The notes beneath the pieces were generated by a model that saw only the letters and a list, made by a program, of their open reading frames with translations, did no database searches and had not been told where the DNA came from. DNA of 64,000 bases from the human T2T-CHM13v2.0 reference genome, Homo sapiens: the NCBI RefSeq assembly GCF_009914755.1, contig NC_060935.1, one strand, 5' to 3'. Shown in pieces: positions 52,701-64,000 of the stretch. Positions within the stretch are counted from its first letter, which is position 1. The number at the start of each line of letters is the position of its first letter. The translations under genes and the position numbers were made by a program.

Positions 52701-55700
52701 CTCTGAGGATTTCGTTGGAAACGGGATAAACTTCCCAGAACTACACGGAAGCATTGTGAGAAACTTCTTTGTGATGTTTGCATTCAAGTCACAGAGTTGA
52801 ACCTTGCTTTCATAGTTCAGCTTTCAAACACTCTTTTTGTAGAATCTGCAAGTGGATATTTGGACCACTTTGTGGCCTTCCTTCGAAACGGGTATATCTT
52901 CACATCAAACCTAGACAAAAGCATTCTCAGAATGTTTCCTGTGATGACTGCATTCAACTCACAGAGGTGAACAATCCTGTTGATGGAGCACTTTTGAAAC
53001 TCTCTTTCTTTGGATTCTGCAAGTTGATATGTGGACCTCTGTGAAGATTTCGTTGGAAACGGGTTCATCTTCACAGAAAAACTAAACAGAAGCATTCTCA
53101 GAAACTACTTTGTGATGTTTGTGTTCCACTTCAGGAATTGAACTTTCCTCTTGACAGAGCAGCTCTGAAACCCTCTTTTTCTAGAATCTGCAAGTGGACA
53201 TTTGGAGGGCTTTGAGGCCTGTGGTGGAAAAGGAAAATCTTCACATAAAAACTAGATGGAAGCATTCTCAGAAACTACTTTGTGATGATTGCATTCGACT
53301 CACAGAGTTGAACATTCCTATAGATAGAGCAGGTTGTAAACAATCTTTTTGTAGAATCTGCGATTGGAGATTTGGACTGCTTTGAGGCCTACTGTAGTAA
53401 AGGAAATAACTTCATCTAAAAACCAAACGGAAGCATTCACAGACAATTCTTAGTGATCATTGCATTGAACTAACAGAGCTGAACATTCCTTTAGATGGCG
53501 CAGTTTCCAAACACACTTTCTGTAGAATCTGCAAGTGGATATTTGGACCTCTCTGAGGATTTCGTTGGAAACGGGATAAACTTCCCAGAACTACACGGAA
53601 GCATTCTGAGAAACTTCTTTGTGATGTTTGTATTCAACTCACAGAGTTGAACCTTGCTTTCATAGTTCTGCTTTCAAACACTCTTTTTGTAGAATCTGCA
53701 AGTGGATATTTGGACCACTTTGTGGCCTTCCTTCGAAACGGGTATATCTTCACATCAAACCTAGACAGAAGCTTTCTCAGAATGTTTCCTGTGATGACTG
53801 CATTCAACTCACAGAGGTGAACAATCCTGCTGATGGAGCAGTTTTGAAACTCTCTTTCTTTGGATTCTTCAAGTGGATATGTGGACCTCTGTGAAGATTT
53901 CGTTGGAAACGGGTTCATCTTCACAGAAAAACTAAACAGAAGCATTCTCAGAAACTGCTTTGTGATGTTTGTGTTCCACTTCAGGAATTGAACTTTCCTC
54001 TTGACAGAGCAGCTCTGAAACCCTCTTATTCTAGAATATGCAAGTGGACATTTGGAGGGCTTTGAGGCCTGTGGTGGAAAAGGAAAATCTTCACATAAAA
54101 ACTAGATGGAAGCATTCTCAGAAAAAACATTGTGATGATTGCATTCGACTCACAGAGTTGAACATTCCTATAGATAGAGCAGGTTGTAAACAATCTTTTT
54201 GTAGAATCTGCGATTGGAGATTTGGACTGCTTTGAGGCCTACTGTAGTAAAGGAAATAACTTCATCTAAAAACCAAACGGAAGCATTCACAGACAATTCT
54301 TAGTGATCATTGGATTGAACTAACAGAGCAGAACATTCCTTTAGATGGAGCAGTTTCCAAACCCACTTTCTGTAGAATCTGCAAGTGGATATTTGGACTT
54401 CTCTGAGGATTTCGTTGGAAACGGGATAAACTTCCCAGAACTACAGGGAAGCATTGTGAGAAACTTCTTTGTGATGTTTGCATTCAACTCACAGAGTTGA
54501 ACCTTGCTTTCATAGTTCAGCTTTCAAACACTCTTTTTGTAGAATCTGCAAGTGGATATTTGGACCACTTTGTGGCCTTCCTTCGAAACGGGTATATCTT
54601 CACATCAAACCTAGACAGAAGCATTCTCAGAATGTTTCCTGTGATGACTGCATTCAACTCACAGAGGTGAACAATCCTGTTGATGGAGCACTTTTGAAAC
54701 TCTCTTTCTTAGGATTCTGCAAGTGGATATGTGGACCTCTGTGAAGATTTCGTTGGAAACGGGTTCATCTTCACAGAAAAACTAAACAGAAGCATTCTCA
54801 GAAACTGCTTTGTGATGTTTGTGTTCCACTTCAGGAATTGAACTTTCCTCTTGACAGAGCAGCTCTGAAACCCTCTTATTCTAGAATCTGCAAGTGGACA
54901 TTTGGAGGGCTTTGAGGCCTGTGGTGGAAAAGGAAAATCTTCACATAAAAACTAGATGGAAGCATTCTCAGAAACTACTTTGTGATGATTGCATTCGACT
55001 CACAGAGTTGAACATTCCTATAGATAGAGCAGGTTGTAAACAATCTTTTTCTAGAATCTGCGATTGGAGACTTGGACTGCTTTGAGGCCTACTGTAGTAA
55101 AGGAAATAACTTCATCTAAAAACCAAACGGAAGCATTCACAGACAATTCTCAGTGATGATTGGATTGAACTAACAGAGCTGAACATTCCTTTAGATGGCG
55201 CAGTTTCCAAACACACTTTCTGTAGAATCTGCAAGTGGATATTTGGACTTCTCTGAGGATTTCGTTGGAAACGGGATAAACTTCCCAGAACTACACGGAA
55301 GCATTCTGAGAAACTTCTTTGTGATGTTTGCATTCAACTCACAGAGTTGAACCTTGCTTTCATAGTTCAGCTTTCAAACACTCTTTTTGTAGAATCTGCA
55401 AGTGGATATTTGGACCACTTTGTGGCCTTCCTTCGAAACGGGTATATCTTCACATCAAACCTAGACAGAAGCATTCTCAGAATGTTTCCTGTGATGACTG
55501 CATTCAACTCACAGAGGTGAACAATCCTGCTGATGGAGCAGTTTTGAAACTCTCTTTCTTTGGATTCTGCAAGTGGATATGTTGACCTCTGTGAAGATTT
55601 CGTTGGAAACGGGTTCATCTTCACAGAAAAACTAAACAGGAGCATTCTCAGAAACTGCTTTGTGATGTTTGTGTTCCACTTCAAGAATTGAACTTTCCTC

Positions 55701-55900
55701 TTGACAGAGCAGCTCTGAAACCCTCTTTTTCTAGAATCTGCAAGTGGACATTTGGAGGGATTTGAGGCCTGTGGTGGAAAAGGAAAATCTTCACATAAAA
55801 ACTAGATGGAAGCATTCTCAGAAACTACTTTGTGATGATTGCATTCGACTCACAGAGTTGAACATTCCTATAGATAGAGCAGGTTGTAAACAATCTTTTT
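45128..55900 (+). repeat. About 1.6 turns of an 8-HOR super-unit (6800 bp)
   Basis: 45128/51928, 45978/52778, 46828/53628, 47678/54478 and 48528/55328 share haplotypes at an offset of 6800. Confidence 0.85.
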
Positions 55901-58900
55901 GTGGAATCTGCGATTGGAGATTTGGACTGCTTTGAGGCCTACTGTAGTAAAGGAAATAACTTCATCTAAAAACCAAACGGAAGCATTTACAGACAATTCT
56001 TAGTGATCATTGGATTGAACTAACAGAGCAGAACATTCCTTTAGATGGAGCAGTTTCCAAACCCACGTTCTGTAGAATCTGCAAGTGGATATTTGGACTT
56101 CTCTGAGGATTTTGTTGGAAACGGGATAAACTTCCCAGAACTACAGGGAAGCATTGTGAGAAACTTCTTTGTGATGTTTGCATTCAACTCACAGAGTTGA
56201 ACCTTGCTTTCATAGTTCAGCTTTCAAACACTCTTTTTGTAGAATCTGCAAGTGGATATTTGGACCACTTTGTGGCCTTCCTTCGAAACGGGTATATCTT
56301 CACATCAAACCTAGACAGAATTATTCTCAGAATGTTTCCTGTGATGACTGCATTCAACTCACAGAGGTGAACAATCCTGTTGATGGAGCACTTTTGAAAC
56401 TCTCTTTCTTTGGATTCTGCAAGTGGATATGTGGACCTCTGTGAAGATTTCGTTGGAAACGGGTTCATCTTCACAGAAAAACTAAACAGAAGCATTCTCA
56501 GAAACTACTTTGTGATGTTTGTGTTCCACTTCAAGAATTGAACTTTCCTCTTGACAGAGCAGCTCTGAAACCCTCTTTTTCTAGAATCTGCAAGTGGACA
56601 TTTGGAGGGCTTTGAGGCCTGTGGTGGAAAAGGAAAATCTTCACATAAAAACTAGATGGAAGCATTCTCAGAAACTACTTTGTGATGATTGCATTCGACT
56701 CACAGAGTTGAACATTCCTATAGATAGAGCAGGTTGTAAACAATCTTTTTGTAGAATCTGCGATTGGAGATTTGGACTGCTTTGAGGCCTACTGTAGTAA
56801 AGGAAATAACTTCATCTAAAAACCAAACGGAAGCATTCACAGACAATTCTTAGTGATCATTGCATTGAACTAACAGAGCTGAACATTCCTTTAGATGGCG
56901 CAGTTTCCAAACACACTTTCTGTAGAATCTGCAAGTGGATATTTGGACCTCTCTGAGGATTTCGTTGGAAACGGGATAAACTTCCCAGAACTACACAGAA
57001 GCATTCTGAGAAACTTCTTTGTGATGTTTGCATTCAACTCACAGAGTTGAACCTTGCTTTCATAGTTCAGCTTTCAAACACTCTTTTTGTAGAATCTGCA
57101 AGTGGATATTTGGACCACTTTGTGGCCTTCCTTCGAAACGGGTATATCTTCACATCAAACCTAGACAGAAGCATTCTCAGAATGTTTCCTGTGATGACTG
57201 CATTCAACTCACAGAGGTGAACAATCCTGCTGATGGAGCAGTTTTGAAACTCTCTTTCTTTGGATTCTGCAAGTGGATATGTGGACCTCTGTGAAGATTT
57301 CGTTGGAAACGGGTTCATCTTCACAGAAAAACTAAACAGGAGCATTCTCAGAAACTGCTTTGTGATGTTTGTGTTCCACTTCAGGAATTGAACTTTCCTC
57401 TTGACAGAACAGCTCTGAAACCCTCTTTTTCTAGAATCTGCAAGTGGACATTTGGAGGGCTTTGAGGCCTGTGGTGGAAAAGGAAAATCTTCACATAAAA
57501 ACTAGATGGAAGCATTCTCAGAAACTACTTTGTGTTGATTGCATTCGACTCACAGAGTTGAACATTCCTATAGATAGAGCAGGTTGTAAACAATCTTTTT
57601 GTAGAATCTGCGATTGGAGATTTGGACTGCTTTGAGGCCTACTGTAGTAAAGGAAATAACTTCATCTAAAAACCAAACGGAAGCATTCACAGACAATTCT
57701 TAGTGATCATTGGATTGAACTAACAGAGCTGAACATTCCTTTAGATGGAGCAGTTTCCAAACCCACTTTCTGTAGAATCTGCAAGTGGATATTTGGACTT
57801 CTCTGAGGATTTCTTTGGAAACGGGATAAACTTCCCAGAACTACACGGAAGCATTGTGAGAAACTTCTTTGTGATGTTTGCATTCAACTCACAGAGTTGA
57901 ACCTTGCTTTCATAGTTCAGCTTTCAAACACTCTTTTTGTAGAATCTGCAAGTGGATATTTGGACCACTTTTTGGCCTTCCTTTGAAACGGGTATATCTT
58001 CACATCAAACCTAGACAGAAGCATTCTCAGAATGTTTCCTGTGATGACTGCATTTAACTCACAGAGGTGAACAATCCTGTTGATGGAGCAGTTTTGAAAC
58101 TCTCTTTCTTTGGATTCTGCAAGTTGATATGTGGACCTCTGTGAAGATTTCGTTGGAAACTGGTTCATATTCACAGAAAAACTAAACAGAAGCATTCTCA
58201 GAAACTGCTTTGTGATGTTTGTGTTCCACTTCAAGAATTGAACTTTCCTCTTGACAGAGCAGCTCTGAAACCCTCTTTTTCTAGAATCTGCAAGTGGACA
58301 TTTGGAGGGCTTTGAGGCCTGTGGTGGAAAAGGAAAATCTTCACATAAAAACTAGATGGAAGCATTCTCAGAAACTACTTTGTGATGATTGCATTCGACT
58401 CACAGAGTTGAACATTCCTATAGAGAGAGCAGATTGTAAACAATCTTTTTGTAGAATCTGCGATTGAAGATTTGGACTGCTTTGAGGCCTACTGTAGTAA
58501 AGGAAATAACTTCATCTAAAAACCAAACGGAAGCATTCACAGACAATTCTTAGTGATCATTGCATTGAACTAACAGAGCTGAACATTCCTTTATATGGCG
58601 CAGTTTCCAAACACACTTTCTGTAGAATCTGCAAGTGGATATTTGGACCTCTCTGAGGATTTCGTTGGAAACGGGATAAACTTCCCAGAACTACACGGAA
58701 GCATTCTGAGAAACTTCTTTGTGATGTTTGCATTCAACTCACAGAGTTGAACCTTGCTTTCATAGTTCAGCTTTCAAACACTCTTTTTGTAGAATCTGCA
58801 AGTGGATATTTGGACCACTTAGTGGCCTTCCTTCGAAACGGGTATATCTTCACATCAAAACTAGACAGAAGCATTCTCAGAATGTATCCTGTGATGACTG

Positions 58901-59084
58901 CATTCAACTTACAGAGGTGAACAATCCTGTTGATGGAGCACTTTTGAAACTCTCTTTCTTTGGATTCTGCAAGTTGATATGTGGACCTCTGTGAATATTT
59001 CGTTGGAAACGGGTTCATCTTCACAGAAAAACTAAACAGAAGCATTCTCAGAAACTACTTTGTGATGTTTGTGTTCCACTTCAA

Positions 59085-62000
59085 GAATTGAACTTTCCTC
59101 TTGACAGAGCAGCTCTGAAACCCTCTTTTTCTAGAATCTGCAAGTGGACATTTGGAGGGCTTTGAGGCCTGTGGTGGAAAAGGAAAATCTTCACATAAAA
59201 ACTAGATGGAAGCATTCTCAGAAACTACTTTGTGATGATTGCATTCGACTCACAGAGTTGAACATTCCTATAGATAGAGCAGGTTGTAAACAATCTTTTT
59301 GTAGAATCTGCGATTGGAGATTTGGACTGCTTTGAGGCCTACTGTAGTAAAGGAAATAACTTCATCTAAAAACCAAACGGAAGCATTCACAGACAATTCT
59401 TAGTGATCATTGCATTGAACTAACAGAGCTGAACATTCCTTTATATGGCGCAGTTTCCAAACACACTTTCTGTAGAATCTGCAAGTGGATATTTGGACCT
59501 CTCTGAGGATTTCGTTGGAAACGGGATAAACTTCCCAGAACTACACGGAAGCATTCTGAGAAACTTCTTTGTGATGTTTGCATTCAACTCACAGAGTTGA
59601 ACCTTGCTCTCATAGTTCAGCTTTCAAACACTCTTTTTGTAGAATCTGCAAGTGGATATTTGGACCACTTTGTGGCCTTCCTTCGAAACGGGTATATCTT
59701 CACATCAAACCTAGACAGAAGCATTCTCAGAATGTATCCTGTGATGACTGCATTCAACTCACAGAGGTGAACAATCCTGTTGATGGAGCACTTTTGAAAC
59801 TCTCTTTCTTTGGATTCTGCAAGTTGATATGTGGACCTCTGTGAATATTTCGTTGGAAACGGGTTCATCTTCACAGAAAAACTAAACAGAAGCATTCTCA
59901 GAAACTACTTTGTGATGTTTGTGTTCCACTTCAAGAATTGAACTTTCCTCTTGACAGAGCAGCTCTGAAACCCTCTTTTTCTAGAATCTGCAAGTGGACA
60001 TTTGGAGGGCTTTGAGGCCTGTGGTGGAAAAGGAAAATCATCACATAAAAACTAGATGGAAGCATTCTCAGAAACTACTTTATGATGATTGCCTTCGACT
60101 CACAGAGTTGAACATTCCTATAGATAGAGCAGGTTGTAAACAATCTTTTTGTAGAATCTGCGATTGGAGATTTGGACTGCTTTGAGGCCTACTGTAGTAA
60201 AGGAAATAACTTCATCTAAAAACCTAACGGAAGCATTCACAGACAATTCTTAGTGATCATTGCATTGAACTAACAGAGCTGTACATTCCTTTAGATGGCG
60301 CAGTTTCCAAACACACTTTCTGTAGAATCTGCAAGTGGATATTTGGACCTCTCTGAGGATTTCGTTGGAAACGGGATAAACTTCCCAGAACTACACAGAA
60401 GCATTCTGAGAAACTTCTTTGTGATGTTTGCATTCAACTCACAGAGTTGAACCTTGCTTTCATAGTTCAGCTTTCAAACACTCTTTTTGTAGAATCTGCA
60501 AGTGGATATTTGGACCACTTTGTGGCCTTCCTTCGAAACGGGTATATCTTCACATCAAACCTAGACAGAAGCATTCTCACAATGTTTCCTGTGATGACTG
60601 CATTCAACTCACAGAGGTGAACAATCCTGTTGATGGAGCAGTTTTGAAACTCTCTTTCTTTGGATTCTGCAAGTGGATATGTGGACCTCTGTGAAGATTT
60701 CGTTGGAAACGGGTTCATCTTCACAGAAAAACTAAACAGGAGCATTCTCAGAAACTGCTTTGTGATGTTTGTGTTCCACTTCAGGAATTGAACTTTCCTC
60801 TTGACAGAGCAGCTCTGAAACCCTCTTTTTCTAGAATCTGCAAGTGGACATTTGGAGGGCTTTGAGGCCTGTGGTGGAAAAGGAAAATCTTCACATAAAA
60901 ACTAGATGGAAGCATTCTCAGAAACTACTTTGTGATGATTGCATTCGACTCACAGAGTTGAACATTCCTATAGATAGAGCAGGTTGTAAACAATCTTTTT
61001 GTAGAATCTGCGATTGGAGATTTGGACTGCTTTGAGGCCTACTGTAGTAAAGGAAATAACTTCATCTAAAAACCAAACGGAAGCATTCACAGACAATTCT
61101 TAGTGATCATTGCATTGAACTAACAGAGCTGAACATTCCTTTATATGGCGCAGTTTCCAAACACACTTTCTGTAGAATCTGCAAGTGGATATTTGGACCT
61201 CTCTGAGGATTTCGTTGGAAACGGGATAAACTTCCCAGAACTACACGGAAGCATTCTGAGAAACTTCTTTGTGATGTTTGCATTCAACTCACAGAGTTGA
61301 ACCTTGCTCTCATAGTTCAGCTTTCAAACACTCTTTTTGTAGAATCTGCAAGTGGATATTTGGACCACTTTGTGGCCTTCCTTCGAAACGGGTATATCTT
61401 CACATCAAACCTAGACAGAAGCATTCTCAGAATGTATCCTGTGATGACTGCATTCAACTCACAGAGGTGAACAATCCTGTTGATGGAGCACTTTTGAAAC
61501 TCTCTTTCTTTGGATTCTGCAAGTTGATATGTGGACCTCTGTGAATATTTCGTTGGAAACGGGTTCATCTTCACAGAAAAACTAAACAGAAGCATTCTCA
61601 GAAACTACTTTGTGATGTTTGTGTTCCACTTCAAGAATTGAACTTTCCTCTTGACAGAGCAGCTCTGAAACCCTCTTTTTCTAGAATCTGCAAGTGGACA
61701 TTTGGAGGGCTTTGAGGCCTGTGGTGGAAAAGGAAAATCTTCACATAAAAACTAGATGGAAGCATTCTCAGAAACTACTTTGTGATGATTGCCTTCGACT
61801 CACAGAGTTGAACATTCCTATAGATAGAGCAGGTTGTAAACAATCTTTTTGTAGAATCTGCGATTGGAGATTTGGACTGCTTTGAGGCCTACTGTAGTAA
61901 AGGAAATAACTTCATCTAAAAACCTAACGGAAGCATTCACAGACAATTCTTAGTGATCATTGCATTGAACTAACAGAGCTGTACATTCCTTTAGATGGCG

Positions 62001-62439
62001 CAGTTTCCAAACACACTTTCTGTAGAATCTGCAAGTGGATATTTGGACCTCTCTGAGGATTTCGTTGGAAACGGGATAAACTTCCCAGAACTACACAGAA
62101 GCATTCTGAGAAACTTCTTTGTGATGTTTGCATTCAACTCACAGAGTTGAACCTTGCTTTCATAGTTCAGCTTTCAAACACTCTTTTTGTAGAATCTGCA
62201 AGTGGATATTTGGACCACTTTGTGGCCTTCCTTCGAAACGGGTATATCTTCACATCAAACCTAGACAGAAGCATTCTCACAATGTTTCCTGTGATGACTG
62301 CATTCAACTCACAGAGGTGAACAATCCTGTTGATGGAGCAGTTTTGAAACTCTCTTTCTTTGGATTCTGCAAGTGGATATGTGGACCTCTGTGAAGATTT
62401 CGTTGGAAACGGGTTCATCTTCACAGAAAAACTAAACAG
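59085..62439 (+). repeat. Tandem duplication of a 2-HOR unit (1700 bp)
   Basis: Markers TTGCTCT, GCCTTCGA, AACCTAAC, GTACATT and TTCTCACAAT each occur twice, 1700 bp apart (units 59578/61278 and 60428/62128). Confidence 0.88.
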
Positions 62440-64000
62440 AAGCATTCTCAGAAACTACTTTGTGATGTTTGTGTTCCACTTCAAGAATTGAACTTTCCTC
62501 TTGACAGAGCAGCTCTGAAACCCTCTTTTTCTAGAATCTGCAAGTGGACATTTGGAGGGCTTTGAGGCCTGTGGTGGAAAAGGAAAATCTTCACATAAAA
62601 ACTAGATGGAAGCATTCTCAGAAACTACTTTGTGATGATTGCATACGACTCACAGAGTTGAACATTCCTATAGATAGAGCAGGTTGTAAACAATCTTTTT
62701 GTAGAATCTGCGATTGGAGATTTGGACTGCTTTCAGGCCTACTGTAGTAAAGGAAATAACTTCATCTAAAAACCAAACGGAAGCATTCACAGACAATTCT
62801 TAGTGATCATTGCATTGAACTAACAGAGCTGAACATTCCTTTAGATGGCGCAGTTTCCAAACACACTTTCTGTAGAATCTGCAAGTGGATATTTGGACCT
62901 CTCTGAGGATTTCGTTGGAAACGGGCTAAACTTCCCAGAACTACACGGAAGCATTCTGAGAAACTTCTTTGTGATGTTTGTATTCAACTCACAGAGTTGA
63001 ACCTTGCTTTCATAGTTCAGCTTTCAAACACTCTTTTTGTAGAATCTGCAAGTGGATATTTGGACCACTTTGTGGCCTTCCTTCGAAACGGGTATATCTT
63101 CACATCAAACCTAGACAGAAGCATTCTCAGAATGTTTCCTGTGATGACTGCATTCAACTCACAAAGGTGAACAATCCTGCTGATGGAGCAGTTTTGAAAC
63201 TCTCTTTCTTTGGATTCTGCAAGTGGATATGTTGACCTCTGTGAAGATTTCGTTGGAAACGGGTTCATCTTCACAGAAAAACTAAACAGGAGCATTCTCA
63301 GAAACTGCTTTGTGATGTTTGTGTTCCACTTCAAGAATTGAACTTTCCTCTTGACAGAGCAGCTCTGAAACCCTCTTTTTCTAGAATCTGCAAGTGGACA
63401 TTTGGAGGGATTTGAGGCCTGTGGTGGAAAAGGAAAATCTTCACATAAAAACTAGATGGAAGCATTCTCAGAAACTACTTTGTGATGATTGCATTCGACT
63501 CACAGAGTTGAACATTCCTATAGATAGAGCAGGTTGTAAACAATCTTTTTGTAGAATCTGCGATTGGAGATTTGGACTGCTTTGAGGCCTACTTTAGTAA
63601 AGGAAATAACTTCATCTAAAAACCAAACGGAAGCATTCACAGACAATTCTTAGTGATCATTGCATTGAACTAACAGAGCTGAACATTCCTTTAGATGGCG
63701 CAGTTTCCAAACACACTTTCTGTAGAATCTGCAAGTGGATATTTGGACCTCTCTGAGGATTTCGTTGGAAACGGGATAAACTTCCCAGAACTACACGGAA
63801 GCATTGTGAGAAACTTCTTTGTGATGTTTGCATTCAACTCACAGAGTTGAACCTTGCTTTCATAGTTCAGCTTTCAAACACTCTTTTTGTAGAATCTGCA
63901 AGTGGATATTTGGACCACTTTGTGGCCTTCCTTCGAAACGGGTATATCTTCACATCAAACCTAGACAGAAGCATTCTCAGAATGTTTCCTGTGATGACTG

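Larger units (their letters stand above)
1..64000 (+). repeat. Alpha-satellite higher-order repeat array, 850-bp pentamer, about 75.3 copies; most likely human chr11 D11Z1 (SF3, W1-W5 monomers)
   Basis: The same 850-bp unit recurs through the whole window (phase markers 88, 938, 1788 ... 62978, 63828). Typical alphoid motifs (GAAGCATTCTCAGAAACT, TGTAGAATCTGCAAGTGGATATTTGG) recur every ~171 bp, and CENP-B boxes are present. The D11Z1 assignment rests on recalled knowledge that D11Z1 is a 5-monomer, ~850-bp XbaI HOR. Alpha-satellite identity is near certain; the chromosome assignment is about 0.85. Confidence 0.97.

Noticed and set aside
62910-62926. CENP-B box variant ending CGGGC
   Set aside because: Only the non-essential position 17 changes, so the box was not counted as inactivated.
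88-63585. Recurrent 60-105 aa ORFs on both strands (MHSTHRVEP..., MDIWRALRP..., MLLFSFSVK...)
   Set aside because: They are chance open frames in the satellite unit. Many start at TTG/GTG, they overlap on opposite strands, and they are freely broken by stops and frameshifts among copies. No recognisable domain is present. They were used only as haplotype markers.
1-64000. CRISPR-like or other repeat-spacer system
   Set aside because: There are no unique spacers. The sequence between conserved motifs is itself repeated every 850 bp, and no cas-like genes are present.
1-64000. L1/Alu insertion, inversion or HOR structural variant
   Set aside because: The 850-bp phase holds throughout apart from ten 1-bp deletions. 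No foreign sequence, poly-A tail or strand switch was seen.
1-64000. Claim that this window is the active kinetochore (CENP-A) site or is transcribed
   Set aside because: This cannot be determined from sequence. It needs chromatin, methylation or RNA data.

Overview
The whole 64 kb window is one uninterrupted, single-orientation array of primate centromeric alpha-satellite DNA. It holds about 75.3 tandem copies of an 850-bp higher-order repeat (HOR) made of five 167-171-bp monomers, in a B,B*,B,A,A box arrangement with one XbaI site per unit. From general knowledge (no database search run), this fits the suprachromosomal-family-3 pentamer of human chromosome 11 (D11Z1 / S3C11H1L). I found no genes, RNA genes, transposon insertions, inversions or monomer-number variants; all listed ORFs are by-products of the repeat. 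I see no evidence of a new protein-coding or CRISPR-like system. The informative signal is in the point variants, which divide the array into three haplotype domains. Domain 1 (1-21.7 kb) has nested 2-, 4- and 6-HOR periods (1.7, 3.4 and 5.1 kb) and carries 14 inactivated CENP-B boxes. Domain 2 (about 21.3-56 kb) is a mosaic of an 8-HOR cycle and its shortened or duplicated derivatives, with no broken CENP-B box seen. Domain 3 (56-64 kb) is more heterogeneous, with short 1- and 2-HOR duplications. Counts and breakpoints were read by eye and need confirmation by alignment.
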